From: Candidatus Micrarchaeota archaeon
Lineage (GTDB): Archaea; Micrarchaeota; Micrarchaeia; Anstonellales; Anstonellaceae
Reading direction: 5' to 3'
Length of the DNA stretch: 64,000 nt
NCBI GenBank assembly: GCA_964581105.1
Contig: CAZOMB010000001.1
Location: 79,730 to 143,729, forward strand
The notes beneath the pieces were generated by a model. That model was not told the origin of the DNA, did not search any database, and saw nothing but the letters and a program-made list of their open reading frames with translations. Of the stretch, positions 10,081 through 19,810 are shown in pieces (position 1 is the stretch's first letter; every line of letters starts with the position of its first letter). Position numbers and translations under genes: made by a program.

Positions 10081-10959
10081 CTACCCCGCATTAACATCTG
10101 CTGTTATTGGAATTGTGAATGTCTCCTCAATGCCAGTTGCCTGCGATACTCCTGTTATGACCAGCTCAGAGTTGTATAGGCCTGCTGCGCTGGTGTTTGA
10201 TGCAAATGACAAGTTAATTGCTGTGTCAGAATCAATTGAAACATTAAATGAGGATGAAGAAAGGGTGAGGCCAACATTTTCATATGCCCATGAGCAATCT
10301 ATTGAAACTGCTACAGACTCGTTTGAAGCAGCGCTGAATGTGATAGTTTCATTTCTTGTCTCATTCCTTGCCATGCTCTTGTAAACAGAGCCTTTGTCAA
10401 CATCAAAAAAGTGCGTGCCTATTGCAACATAGCTTCCTTTTGAAACAACGAGCATTGTGTATACCCCGTCAGAGGCAGGGAAAGAGCCTGAAACCGGGGC
10501 TTTTGTTCCTGCAAATACGTCAGTATCCTGCACTTTTATGTTTATTAGAGTGGAAGCTGTTGAGGAAGAGGCGCTTGGCGGCCTTCCTATATATGTTGCA
10601 TTAGGGCTCAGGTTTGCATTTGTAGGAAGGGTTATCTTGACTTTTGCGCTTGCTCCTTCCCCTTGGGCATAGACTGAGTCTGCTGCATTTGCCAGTTTTT
10701 GCACTGAGTCTTTTGCGTCATCATAGTTCCTTTGTACCCCAATATCTGAGAGAAGGTCTGCTGAAAGCACTGCAAAAATCAGGATTACCACAAGGGAGAT
10801 TCCAAGTATTGAGATAAGCTCTATGCTTGCCTGCCCAGGCACTCTGCCTGCTCTTATGTGCCTTGGGCTGGCACCTGCCTGCCCGCTGTGTGCCATTTGC
10901 ATGGGAGTGTAAACCATGCTGTGCTTTAAATATTTTCTATCAGAGGCATTAGCATGCAA
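10081..10959 (-). CDS. pilin-like secreted protein (class III signal peptide); true start probably an internal Met
   Basis: ..RAGRVPG|QASIELISILGISLVVILIFAVL is a prepilin-like hydrophobic N-domain followed by a Ser/Thr/Asn-rich body. The ORF start overlaps the divergent ligase start, so an internal start is likely. Confidence 0.4.
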   Translation of the reverse strand: MHANASDRKYLKHSMVYTPMQMAHSGQAGASPRHIRAGRVPGQASIELISILGISLVVILIFAVLSADLLSDIGVQRNYDDAKDSVQKLANAADSVYAQGEGASAKVKITLPTNANLSPNATYIGRPPSASSSTASTLINIKVQDTDVFAGTKAPVSGSFPASDGVYTMLVVSKGSYVAIGTHFFDVDKGSVYKSMARNETRNETITFSAASNESVAVSIDCSWAYENVGLTLSSSSFNVSIDSDTAINLSFASNTSAAGLYNSELVITGVSQATGIEETFTIPITADVNAG

Positions 10960-12681
10960 TTCTCAGAGGCTGCACAGTATTTTGAGGAAATTGAGAATAC
11001 TGCCTCAAGGCTTTCAATGTCAGGCATTGTGTCAGAGCTTCTCTCAAAGTGCTCAAAAGAAGAGGTCAAGCCCCTAATATATATAATAGAGGGAAATGTT
11101 GCGCCTTCCCATGAAGGGCTTGACATTGGCATAGGCGAAAAGTTTGCAATAAGGGCAATTTCAAAAGTATCTGGCTTTAATGAAGGGAAAGTTGCGGAAG
11201 ATTACAAGAAATCCGGTGACTTGGGAACAACTGCTGGCAACTTTATGTCAAAAAAGGCGCAGCAGTCTCTTGCCTCGTCACCAAATTCTGTGCTCAAGGT
11301 TTACTCCTCTTTTGTGAAAATAGCCAAGCTTTCAGGCTCTGGAAGCCAGGAAAGCAAGATTTCGCTGCTTTCTGAGCTTTTGAATGGAGCAACACCTGTT
11401 GAGGCAACCTATTTGGTGCGCTTTTGCTTAGGAAAGCTGAGATTAGGGGTTGGCGACCCTTCAATAATAGATGCTCTTTCAATGCTCAAAAAAGGGGACA
11501 AGAGCGACAAGGAGAAACTTGAACGCGCATTTAACCTGTGCTCTGACTTGGGAACTGTTGCAAAGGCATATATTGATGGTAGGGGATTGTCCTCTTTTTC
11601 TGCAGCTCCATTCAAGCCAATAAGGCCTGCCCTTGGTGAAAGGCTGCCAACTGCAGAGGAGATAATAAAGAAAATAGGAAAATGCGCTGTTGAGGCAAAG
11701 TATGACGGCTTGAGAATGCAGGTGCATGTGCAAGGGGAAAAAGTGGAGATATATTCCCGAAAGCTTGAGAAAATGACGCACATGTTCCCTGAGATAGTAA
11801 AAGCAGCAAAAAGCCTGAAAATAAAGTCAGCAATATTTGAAGGGGAAGCTCTTGCCTATAACTCAAAGGAAAACAAATATTATTCATTCCAGCAGACCAT
11901 ACAAAGGAAAAGAAAGTATGGCATAAGCGCAATGGCAAAGGATTTTCCTTTGCGGCTTTTCATATTTGACTTGCTTTTTTTGGATGGCAAGGATTTGACG
12001 CTTGCAAAATATTCGCAAAGGAGGAAAAAGATTGAAAGGCTGTTTGGCAAATCAAAAGTTCTAATTCCATCTGAGCAGATAATTACAGACAAGCCAAAAA
12101 AACTTGAGTCATTTTTCAAAAAATGCATAAAACAGGGGCTTGAGGGAATAATTGCAAAAGACCTTGACCAGCCTTATGTTGCAGGAGCAAGGAAATTTGC
12201 CTGGATAAAGCTGAAAAAGTCATACGGGGCAATGGCAGATACAGTTGATGCTGTTATAGTTGGCTACTACTTAGGAAAAGGAGCAAGGCAGGAATTTGAG
12301 TTTGGGGGCTTACTTACAGCTGTGCTCAATGAAAAGACAGGGGAGCTTGAGACAATAGCAAAAGTGGGCAGCGGCTTTTCAGAGGAAGAAATGCAATCAT
12401 TTGAAAAAATGCTTGGGAAAATAACCGTAAAGAAAAAGCCTGTAAAAGTAAAGTCAAAACTTGTGCCAGACTTCTGGGTAATTCCAAAGTATGTCATAAC
12501 AGTTGCAGCTGATGAGATTACGCTTTCGCCAATGCATACATGCGGCATGAAGGGGGATAAGGGATATGCATTGCGCTTTCCCAGGATGATGCATCTGCGC
12601 GAAGACAAGGGAATAGCTGAGGCAACCACAACAAAGGAAATAATTTCACTGTTTGAAATGCAGAAAAAAAGGTTAGGCTAG
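10954..12681 (+). CDS. lig: ATP-dependent DNA ligase
   Basis: Motif I KYDGLRMQVHV (KxDG adenylation lysine); motif EGIIAKDLDQPYVAGARKFAWIKLK; N-terminus MQFSEAAQYFEEIENTASRL typical of archaeal LigI-family ligases; 575 aa. Confidence 0.9.
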   Translation: MQFSEAAQYFEEIENTASRLSMSGIVSELLSKCSKEEVKPLIYIIEGNVAPSHEGLDIGIGEKFAIRAISKVSGFNEGKVAEDYKKSGDLGTTAGNFMSKKAQQSLASSPNSVLKVYSSFVKIAKLSGSGSQESKISLLSELLNGATPVEATYLVRFCLGKLRLGVGDPSIIDALSMLKKGDKSDKEKLERAFNLCSDLGTVAKAYIDGRGLSSFSAAPFKPIRPALGERLPTAEEIIKKIGKCAVEAKYDGLRMQVHVQGEKVEIYSRKLEKMTHMFPEIVKAAKSLKIKSAIFEGEALAYNSKENKYYSFQQTIQRKRKYGISAMAKDFPLRLFIFDLLFLDGKDLTLAKYSQRRKKIERLFGKSKVLIPSEQIITDKPKKLESFFKKCIKQGLEGIIAKDLDQPYVAGARKFAWIKLKKSYGAMADTVDAVIVGYYLGKGARQEFEFGGLLTAVLNEKTGELETIAKVGSGFSEEEMQSFEKMLGKITVKKKPVKVKSKLVPDFWVIPKYVITVAADEITLSPMHTCGMKGDKGYALRFPRMMHLREDKGIAEATTTKEIISLFEMQKKRLG

Positions 12682-13647
12682 ACCCTGGACTTCTGAAAAC
12701 TGGAGGAAGAAAATTGTTGCAAGGTAAATCACATACAGTGCAAGCATTACAAAGCCGCCTCTTGCTTTTACCCTCTTGTTTACTGCTGCCAGGTAGAAGA
12801 ATACTATGTTTGCAACAACTGCGAAAAGCAAGGCTGCCATAAATACTTTTAGCTGGACAAACATTGGGCTGATTGCAGCGCCAGCCCCAAGAACCAGTGT
12901 CAGGTTTGCCATATTTGAGCCAATTGCATCTCCAATTGCAAGCCCATATTCCTTTCTCCTTAAAGCCTGAAGGTCTATTGATATCTCAGGAAGGGATGTG
13001 CCAATCGCTATTATTGTTGCGCCTATGAAGCTTTTTGCAAGCCCGAAAATGTTAGCAAGCTGTACTGCTGAGCCCACAACAAAGCTTGAGCTTATTATAA
13101 CAATCAGGACTCCTGCCCCAAAAAATAGGAATGCCTTAAAGCCCTCATGCATTGAAAGCTTTCCTTCTTTTGGCATTTGCTCTATTGTCTTTTTTCCAAG
13201 TATCCTAAATGCATACCATGCGCCTATTATGAGAAGCAAAAGCCCTTCGTAAAAGCCAAGAGCATCCCCAAAAACTTGCGAGTGGAGTATTATATATGCA
13301 GAAATTATAGTAGTGAGAAGCAGGGCAAGCCCAATGTCTGGCAATATCTTTTTTGAGACCTTAAGCCCATAAATAATTGCCCCTAACCCAAGAACAAGAA
13401 GCACATTTGCTATATTTGAGCCAAATACGTTTCCTGCTGCAATTGCGCCTTCTCCTGCTGCTGATGAAATCACTGAAACAGAAAGCTCTGGGAGGGAAGT
13501 TGTTACAGAGATGAGAAGAAGCCCTATTGCAAGCTGGCTTACTCTGAAAAATCTTGCCAATTTAGAGGCATTTGTAACAACCAATGAAGCTGACTTTGCA
13601 AGAATAACTGTGGAAATGATTAGTATCAGAAGCTCCTGGAGTGCCAT
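12673..13647 (-). CDS. Ca2+/cation antiporter (CaCA family, YrbG/NCX-like)
   Basis: Two alpha-repeat signatures, GNVFGSNIANVLLVLGL and GDAIGSNMANLTLVLGAG, in a ~10-TM protein. Confidence 0.75.
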   Translation of the reverse strand: MALQELLILIISTVILAKSASLVVTNASKLARFFRVSQLAIGLLLISVTTSLPELSVSVISSAAGEGAIAAGNVFGSNIANVLLVLGLGAIIYGLKVSKKILPDIGLALLLTTIISAYIILHSQVFGDALGFYEGLLLLIIGAWYAFRILGKKTIEQMPKEGKLSMHEGFKAFLFFGAGVLIVIISSSFVVGSAVQLANIFGLAKSFIGATIIAIGTSLPEISIDLQALRRKEYGLAIGDAIGSNMANLTLVLGAGAAISPMFVQLKVFMAALLFAVVANIVFFYLAAVNKRVKARGGFVMLALYVIYLATIFFLQFSEVQGLA

Positions 13648-13699
13648 AAGAGTAAAGCTCGGGTTGTGAATTTAATTGTTATGGGAGTTTAGGTCATAT

Positions 13700-13951
13700 T
13701 CACCCCTTCTTTTTCTTCCACTGCTTCTCGTGCCATCTAGCAATGTCCTTGTTTATTTTCCTTGAGATCTCCATGACATCTTTCTCAGTAGCCTTGCTGT
13801 TGGCAGTGAGCCGGTTGAGAAGCTCCAGCTGCTCTGCTTTCTGCCTCCAAGCCTGTCTTGCAACCTCTGACCAGTTCATCTCTGGGTACTTGTCCAGGAG
13901 TTTCTTCAGTTCCACATCCATTGAGATTGTCATGTTCACCATTTTTATCAC
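13700..13951 (-). CDS. small ribbon-helix-helix-like DNA-binding protein (putative transcriptional regulator)
   Basis: N-terminus ..MTISMDVELKKLLDKYPEMNWSEVARQAWRQKAEQLE resembles an RHH beta-strand plus two helices, followed by a basic C-terminus. A palindrome GTGTATACAC sits between its TATA box and start codon. Confidence 0.35.
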   Translation of the reverse strand: MIKMVNMTISMDVELKKLLDKYPEMNWSEVARQAWRQKAEQLELLNRLTANSKATEKDVMEISRKINKDIARWHEKQWKKKKG

Positions 13952-13964
13952 CTAGTGTATACAC

Positions 13965-13987
13965 ATACTTACACATATATAAATGTG
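13965..13987 (-). promoter_or_regulatory. TATA box (ATTTATATAT on the minus strand) plus perfect palindrome GTGTATACAC, a candidate operator, upstream of the RHH gene
   Basis: The AT-rich TATA-like element lies ~27-36 nt upstream of the ATG at 13951. The 10-bp palindrome occupies 13965-13974, between the TATA box and the start codon. Confidence 0.35.
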
Positions 13988-14068
13988 TATGCACGAGATG
14001 CAAACATATGACTAAAAATCGGCTTTTACCCTTTATAAATGCGAGCAGACGGTAGGATGCCGGTGGAG

Positions 14069-15655
14069 CTATCTTTTTGCAAGCGAGTAGATGTCCCATT
14101 TTATTGTTTTTTTCTTTTCAAGCTCTTGCCCAAGCTGGTCAAGGACTGATTGTTTTGCCTTTTTGTAATCATCCTTTGGAATTTCAGCATTTCCTATAGC
14201 ATTTCTCTTGTTTTTTGTGTTAAAGCAGAACATAGAGTCATGCACATTTTCACAGTTGTGGGAAAAATACAAATCAGTGCATTCCTCGCAGTTGTCAACC
14301 TCAAAGCACCGGACAAGCCGCTTTGAGCGGAATGCCTTCATGCAAAAGGATGACTGCCATACTGATGAAGAGCCGAAAATGTTCTCTGATTCCCTTGGCC
14401 AGAATGAGTAGGCGCACTTTTTTGAGTGGACAGTTGCCTCGCAGCGATAGCAGTTTTCAGAGTATCCCATTGCAAAGCAGTCAATCATGTTATGGACTTT
14501 TCCTATCCTGTCATCAAGAGAGCAGTATGCAACAGGGTGGAATATTTCTGCCAATTCTTTTGGGTCAGGAATGATTTTCCCAGTATCAAGTTTACTCAAT
14601 GGTACTTTGCCGATTTCATTGATTTCATCCTCTGAAACAAATCTGCCATTCAGCTTGAACTTTTTACCAATGTACGCAAGGTAGCCTCCAAGAAGCACTT
14701 TTCTCCCTGTGAATGGGGAGGTAAATTGCATTCCCTGCAAAACATCCCTTTGCAGGAATTTTTCATATTGTTTTATTCCTGCTAGTGGCTTTGCAACAAG
14801 GATGGATGAGGTTTTTGTGAAGCTTTCTTCAATTGGCTTCAAATTCCCTTTTTCAGGCTCTGGTGGTATTGCTATTTTTATCTCTGGCTTTTTTTCCCTT
14901 GCAAAGTCAAGTATTTCAAAAATGGAGAAAACCTTTTTTTCTTTTTTCAGGGAACCAACAATTTCTTCAAGAAGCTTTGATTTTACTGCTAGGTATTTTT
15001 CCTTTCCAACTTCAAGATTGCCAATAAGATATGACTTGTTCCTTGGACCAAAAGAAAACATGCATTCGCGGCAGTTTTTGCACTGGACTGAGTAATAGCA
15101 GTCGCTGCTTGCCATTAGTGTGCAGCACTCAAAGCATCTTTTTCCCTTGTGGTTGTCAACTGAATTTATTGTGAATGAGGACTGGGCATCTGCAGTTGAG
15201 CCAAACATGTATTCGCAAAAGCGAATCATTGTGCAAAAAGCAATGTATTTTGAGTCAGAAACTATTGTTGAGCCAAGGACATAGTGGCTGTCAACAACAT
15301 TGCTTGATTCTTCCACGAATTTTGAATTTCCAAGCACTATGTTCCCAGTATAATGGATTCTTTCCTGCATTGCCGATATTATGCTGTCTATGTCCTTGAT
15401 TTCATTTATTGAAAGTGGAGTGAAGCTTTTGCTGAAATCAACCTCATCAGAGCCCAAAAAGTTAGCGCCATGCTTGAATGATTCTGATGGCATTATAACT
15501 TTTTTCCCAGAAACTGTTGAGCTTTCAACAAACCTTTTTCCTGCATATGCTGAAAGGTATTCTGAAAACTCGTCAAGCTCTCCTATTTCCTGGCTGAAAA
15601 TGGCCTTGCAGGTTGCTTTCCAAGCCCTATTCAGGTAGTCATGTGTGCTTAACAT
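14069..15655 (-). CDS. Cys-rich two-module protein, paralog A of an unrecognised family (~528 aa from the internal Met)
   Basis: Collinear homology over the full length with ORFs 18172-19773 and 23926-25478. Shared blocks include NRAWKATCK, IKDIDSII, YTGNIVLGNS, CKNCRECMFSF, IGNLEVGKEKY and the C-terminal CEECTDLYFSHNCENVHDSMFCFNTKNKRNAIGN..IYS. No signal peptide. The likely start is MLSTHDYLNRAW (15653-15655), by alignment with the paralogs. Confidence 0.6.
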   Translation of the reverse strand: MLSTHDYLNRAWKATCKAIFSQEIGELDEFSEYLSAYAGKRFVESSTVSGKKVIMPSESFKHGANFLGSDEVDFSKSFTPLSINEIKDIDSIISAMQERIHYTGNIVLGNSKFVEESSNVVDSHYVLGSTIVSDSKYIAFCTMIRFCEYMFGSTADAQSSFTINSVDNHKGKRCFECCTLMASSDCYYSVQCKNCRECMFSFGPRNKSYLIGNLEVGKEKYLAVKSKLLEEIVGSLKKEKKVFSIFEILDFAREKKPEIKIAIPPEPEKGNLKPIEESFTKTSSILVAKPLAGIKQYEKFLQRDVLQGMQFTSPFTGRKVLLGGYLAYIGKKFKLNGRFVSEDEINEIGKVPLSKLDTGKIIPDPKELAEIFHPVAYCSLDDRIGKVHNMIDCFAMGYSENCYRCEATVHSKKCAYSFWPRESENIFGSSSVWQSSFCMKAFRSKRLVRCFEVDNCEECTDLYFSHNCENVHDSMFCFNTKNKRNAIGNAEIPKDDYKKAKQSVLDQLGQELEKKKTIKWDIYSLAKR

Positions 15656-15780
15656 AAAACTCCGGGAAAAACTTGAAGATGGGAAAATAAAAAGCTGCGT
15701 GCCTTTTTCTGCAAAATGATACGAAAAACCCATTTAACGTCGTAAAAGCAAAAATTCTCAGAACGCGCGGGTTCGGGAAC

Positions 15781-15793
15781 GTATATAAATTTA
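15781..15793 (+). promoter_or_regulatory. TATA box and leader of ftsZ1 (GTATATAAATTTA), preceded by the GC-rich box GAACGCGCGGG
   Basis: TATA-like element ~30 nt upstream of the ftsZ1 ATG. The whole ~55-nt promoter/leader is ~75% identical to the region upstream of ftsZ2. Confidence 0.45.
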
Positions 15794-15820
15794 ATTGCAG
15801 TATTAGGTTCGGCGATCAGC

Positions 15821-16885
15821 ATGGACAGTTTAGTAAAATCAGTCCTAGGAGAGCAAGAGTCAGCTCAACAGCCGGAATCTTTTGGCTCAGACCAGATTAA
15901 GATTGTGACACTCGGTGTAGGAGGAGGCGGAAACAACACAATAAACAGGCTTATTCGCTCAGGAGTAAAGGGATGCGAGCTTGTGGCAGTTAACACTGAC
16001 AGGCAGCACCTGAATATGATCCACGAAAAAGCCAAAAAGGTCCTCATCGGAAAAACCATTACCAAGGGGCTTGGGGCCGGCGGATACCCGGAAACAGGCA
16101 CCAAGGCAGCAGAAATTGACAGGCCACTTCTTGAGAAAGAGCTTGAAGGGGCTCACCTGTGCTTTATCTGCGCAGGAATGGGCGGAGGCACTGGAACCGG
16201 AGCAGCACCTGTAATTGCAGAGGTTGCAAAGGAGCAGGGAGCCATCGTCGTTGCAATGGTAACATATCCCTTTAACCTTGAAAGGGCACGAAGGGTAAAA
16301 GCCGATGAAGGAATCGCAAAACTTCGCAAGAATGTTGATTCAGTCATTGTTCTTGACAACAACAGGCTGGTAAAGCTTGTGCCAAACCTTCCAATGAACG
16401 AGGCGTTTGCAGTTGCAGACGAAATTCTCGCAAAGGCAGTTGGAGGACTTGTTTGGACAATTACCCAGCCAAGCCTGATAAACATCGACTTTGCTGATGT
16501 GCGAGCAATCGTACAGGGCGGAGGCGTTGGCTTTATTGCTGTCGGCGAAGGAAAGGGAACCGACAAAGTCAGGGGAGCTTCTGAAGGAGTTCTCAAGAAC
16601 AGGCTTCTTGATGTTGACTATGAGGGTGCAAATGGCGCGCTCATACACATATCAGGCGGTGCTGACCTGACACTTGGGGATGCCATCAAAGCAGGTGAAA
16701 TAATCACTGAAAGGATGGACCCGCAGGCAAATGTCAAGTGGGGAGCAAGGCTCATACCAGGATACGATGGAAAACTGGAAATAGTTGCCATTGTAACCGG
16801 GGTAAAAGGAGCAAACATCTTTGGCGCAGGAGCAGACGAGCCAAAGAAAGAGGCATCCTACCAGGACATAGAAATTATCGGCTAA
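15821..16885 (+). CDS. ftsZ: cell division GTPase FtsZ (paralog 1)
   Basis: Tubulin/FtsZ signature [11 protein letters not shown] and [20 protein letters not shown]; 354 aa. Confidence 0.9.
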   Translation: MDSLVKSVLGEQESAQQPESFGSDQIKIVTLGVGGGGNNTINRLIRSGVKGCELVAVNTDRQHLNMIHEKAKKVLIGKTITKGLGAGGYPETGTKAAEIDRPLLEKELEGAHLCFICAGMGGGTGTGAAPVIAEVAKEQGAIVVAMVTYPFNLERARRVKADEGIAKLRKNVDSVIVLDNNRLVKLVPNLPMNEAFAVADEILAKAVGGLVWTITQPSLINIDFADVRAIVQGGGVGFIAVGEGKGTDKVRGASEGVLKNRLLDVDYEGANGALIHISGGADLTLGDAIKAGEIITERMDPQANVKWGARLIPGYDGKLEIVAIVTGVKGANIFGAGADEPKKEASYQDIEIIG

Positions 16886-16910
16886 GCAACAATTTGTTTC
16901 AATCTGCAAT

Positions 16911-17012
16911 CCAGCGCTTGGATCCGCATACTTCGGCAGAAGTTGCGGAGACAGTGGAATCGCAATTCCACTGGAATTCCTAACCCTCCTGGCGCTGGTT
17001 GTTTGTTTTTTA
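16911..17012 (+). other. compound multi-hairpin structured element plus U-tract downstream of ftsZ1 (terminator and/or small ncRNA)
   Basis: A perfect 7-bp closing stem CCAGCGC...GCGCUGG (16911-16917 / 16992-16998) encloses two perfect hairpins, CCGCAUACUUC-GGCA-GAAGUUGCGG and CAGUGGAAU-CGCA-AUUCCACUG. A U-run follows (UUGUUUGUUUUUU). Confidence 0.35.
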
Positions 17013-17047
17013 TTAAGGATTAGCGGGAGCTAGATTTTTGAAATCGA

Positions 17048-18040
17048 TTACTTGTTTAGCTCAGGAAACTCAACAGGAATGTCCCTAAACTGGTCTATTT
17101 TGTAAATGTAAGTCGGCTCAACCCTTTGTATTATGTCTGAGAACTTGTATTTCATCTCATGCATTATTTTCCTGAAAGGCTCCCCCCTTTCAACTTCAAC
17201 ATCAATTACCAAATCCCAGTAGCCAAGCACGCGAAGGTGGTGGACTATGTTTGGGTGCATCTGGCAATATGTAAACAGCATTTTTTCCTTTTGCGAAGTC
17301 ATATTAGCAAGCTTGAAAAGGACCCTGTGGCGCGGCTTTCCTATAAGCACATGGTCTGGCAAAATGGTATAGCTTTGTATTATGCCTGTGCTCTCAAGCT
17401 TTTTGATTATGTTTTTTGCAGACATTATTGATATACCCGTATTTGCCGCTATTTTTACAAGAGATACCCTGGCATTGTGGTTTACCATTGACAGGACTTT
17501 TCTTTCGGTTTCCTTAAGCTGTATTTGCTTTACGTCTGCGCCTGTGAACGCTGTGTATTCCTTTTTTGGCTGGGCTTTTTCCTTGATAAGGTATGAGCGG
17601 TGGAACTGCGTAAAGCCTATTGGTATTGTTGTGTCATATTCCCTGAAGTTTTTGCTGAACTTGTTGTTAAGCTCAGTGATTATCTGCTGCAAATGGAATA
17701 TTCCTTTTGCACATATTGCTATGATAAGGTCAGCATATCCCTCCCCCCTCATTATTATCGGGATAAACCTGTGCCTGTTAAGATAAGTATAAAGCTCTTT
17801 TTCAGATTTTTCATCCATGTTCTGCAGCTTGAAAAAATACTGGCCGAAAAAATAGCCTGCTTTCCTGTACTCCACCATTGGCCAGCAGTACTGCAATACT
17901 CCTGACTCGTACAGGTTTTCAACCCTGTACTTTACTACTTGCGGGCTGGTGCGAAGTGATTTTGCTATAAAGCTATAGGACTTTCGCGAGCCCTGGTCAA
18001 GCAGATACAGAATTTTCCTGTCCAAAGTATCAATGCCCAT
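17048..18040 (-). CDS. tandem (duplicated) Lrp/AsnC-family transcriptional regulator
   Basis: Two HTH_AsnC-like segments (LDRKILYLLDQGSRKSYSFIAKSLRTSPQVVKYRVENLYESGVL and ERKVLSMVNHNARVSLVKIAANTGISIMSAKNIIKKLESTGII), each followed by a RAM-like domain; 330 aa. Confidence 0.65.
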   Translation of the reverse strand: MGIDTLDRKILYLLDQGSRKSYSFIAKSLRTSPQVVKYRVENLYESGVLQYCWPMVEYRKAGYFFGQYFFKLQNMDEKSEKELYTYLNRHRFIPIIMRGEGYADLIIAICAKGIFHLQQIITELNNKFSKNFREYDTTIPIGFTQFHRSYLIKEKAQPKKEYTAFTGADVKQIQLKETERKVLSMVNHNARVSLVKIAANTGISIMSAKNIIKKLESTGIIQSYTILPDHVLIGKPRHRVLFKLANMTSQKEKMLFTYCQMHPNIVHHLRVLGYWDLVIDVEVERGEPFRKIMHEMKYKFSDIIQRVEPTYIYKIDQFRDIPVEFPELNK

Positions 18041-18171
18041 ACTTTTAAATAATCAATTAAAACTTATAAATTTAACTAATTTTTAAAAAAAATGAGCCAG
18101 AAATTATAAATATAGGATTATACCCAATAGGACACACGAGAAGACACTGATAATAACATAAGAGGGAGCTT

Positions 18172-19773
18172 ATGGGCATAAACAGCGCATGGAAATCAAC
18201 CTGCAAGGTTCTCCTGAAAGAGGAGATTGGCGACCTCAAGGGCTATGAGTATTACCTGAAAAAATTTATGGGCCCTGTGAGCGCAAAAAGAAAGTCAGTG
18301 CTGTCAGGAAAACAAGTGACAACTGCTGATGATGATTTTGGGCTGCCAACCAGGTTTATCTCAAATTCAGAGAGGGAGCAATATGCTAAGCTGTACTCAA
18401 AGCCTTTTGACATCAACAGGATAAAAGACATTGACTCTGCCATCCAGGAGCTTGAAGAGCGCTTCATTTACTCAGGAGACATTGTGCTTGGAAAGTCAGT
18501 GGCTGTTGAAAACTGCCAAAGGTGCACAGATGTTTCAGATACTTATTGGTCACAGGATGTTTCTGACAGCAGGAATATTGCCTATTGCTCAATGCTGCGC
18601 TATTCAACTTTTGTTTTCGGGTCAGACTGCACAGGGGAAATAGATTTTGTTATCAAGAATTTCCAGGGCTGGAAGAGCAGAAGGCTTATGGAAACAACAA
18701 ATACCCAGTACTGCTCAGATGTTTACTTTAGCGCAAACATGAGGTACTCTGCAGAGTGCATGTTCTGCTTTAATCAGGAAGGAAAAAGAAATATGATAGG
18801 GAATTTGCAGCTTGGCAAAGATGAATATTCTAAGCTCAAGCAAAAGCTGGTTGAAGATATTAGAGGAGAGCTTGGGTCAAAAAAAGATATTGTGTCAATA
18901 AATGAGCTTCTTGGCGCGCCTCCAAGGGCAGGCAAATGCGAAAAAAGGCCTGCAACCTGGGATGTTGGTGGAAAAAAACATTTTGCAAGTGATTGCCCGC
19001 AAGAGCTGGACAAGGCATTTGCTTCTGCCTGCTCAGTGCTTTTTGGAAGAAAGCTATCAGGAAAAATGACTGATTATGAGAAATGGCTCATGAAAAATGT
19101 GCGTGCGCCGCCTAAGTCAAAAAGTAAGTTATCAGGAAAAAGCCTTTACATTTTGCCAATCCTGTTCAATGAGCCTGTGAGAGACACGCACATAAGCCTT
19201 GAGGAGGCAAGGCAGGCGTCACGACTTCATATTTCTGAAGAGGATGCACAAAAGCTGTGCATCTCAAATGCAAAGCAAATACTAAAGCCAGTTGCACTTT
19301 TCACGTCAGATGTAAAGCTGGGGGAAAATGTCCAGGTAAAAGACACTGTGAGCTTTGCTGATTCAATAAATATTTTTGGCAGCTCAACAATGTATGGCTC
19401 AAAAAACTGCGCATATGGCTGCTGGGTGTCGCACAATGCTGAAAATATGTTTGGCTGCGACCACACCTTTTACTCAAAATTCTGCATTCATGCATACAGG
19501 TCCCTAAAGCTTGTAAGATGCTTTGAAATCAGCGACTCAAAGGACTGCTCTGACTGCTTTTTTTGCCACAACTGCGAAAACTGCCATGAATGCATGTTCT
19601 GCTTCAACGTGAAATCAAAGCGCTATGCAATAGGCAATGTTGAGGTGGGAAGGGAAAAATATTCCAAAATCAAGAAGATGCTGCAGCAGGAGATTGCAAA
19701 AAGGCTTGAAGAAAAAAAGGAAATTGGCATTGGAATTTACAATATAGGGTGTCAAATCAAGGGAAAAAAGTGA
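18172..19773 (+). CDS. Cys-rich two-module protein, paralog B of the same unrecognised family (533 aa)
   Basis: Homologous to 14069-15655 and 23926-25478. Motifs SAWKSTCKVLLKEEIGDL, IKDIDSAIQ, YSGDIVLGKS, ECMFCFNQEGKRNMIGNLQLGKDEY. The C-terminal module contains a regular C-x2-C array, DCSDCFFCHNCENCHECMFCFNVKSKRYAIGN, ending IYNIGC. Confidence 0.6.
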   Translation: MGINSAWKSTCKVLLKEEIGDLKGYEYYLKKFMGPVSAKRKSVLSGKQVTTADDDFGLPTRFISNSEREQYAKLYSKPFDINRIKDIDSAIQELEERFIYSGDIVLGKSVAVENCQRCTDVSDTYWSQDVSDSRNIAYCSMLRYSTFVFGSDCTGEIDFVIKNFQGWKSRRLMETTNTQYCSDVYFSANMRYSAECMFCFNQEGKRNMIGNLQLGKDEYSKLKQKLVEDIRGELGSKKDIVSINELLGAPPRAGKCEKRPATWDVGGKKHFASDCPQELDKAFASACSVLFGRKLSGKMTDYEKWLMKNVRAPPKSKSKLSGKSLYILPILFNEPVRDTHISLEEARQASRLHISEEDAQKLCISNAKQILKPVALFTSDVKLGENVQVKDTVSFADSINIFGSSTMYGSKNCAYGCWVSHNAENMFGCDHTFYSKFCIHAYRSLKLVRCFEISDSKDCSDCFFCHNCENCHECMFCFNVKSKRYAIGNVEVGREKYSKIKKMLQQEIAKRLEEKKEIGIGIYNIGCQIKGKK

Positions 19774-19810
19774 ATTCCTACGAACGCGCGCGCGTGCGCA
19801 TTTAGGAAAT

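Noticed and set aside
16153-16596. 147-aa minus-strand ORF rich in Pro/Thr/Ala
   Set aside because: Antisense to ftsZ1, whose tubulin signatures are unambiguous.
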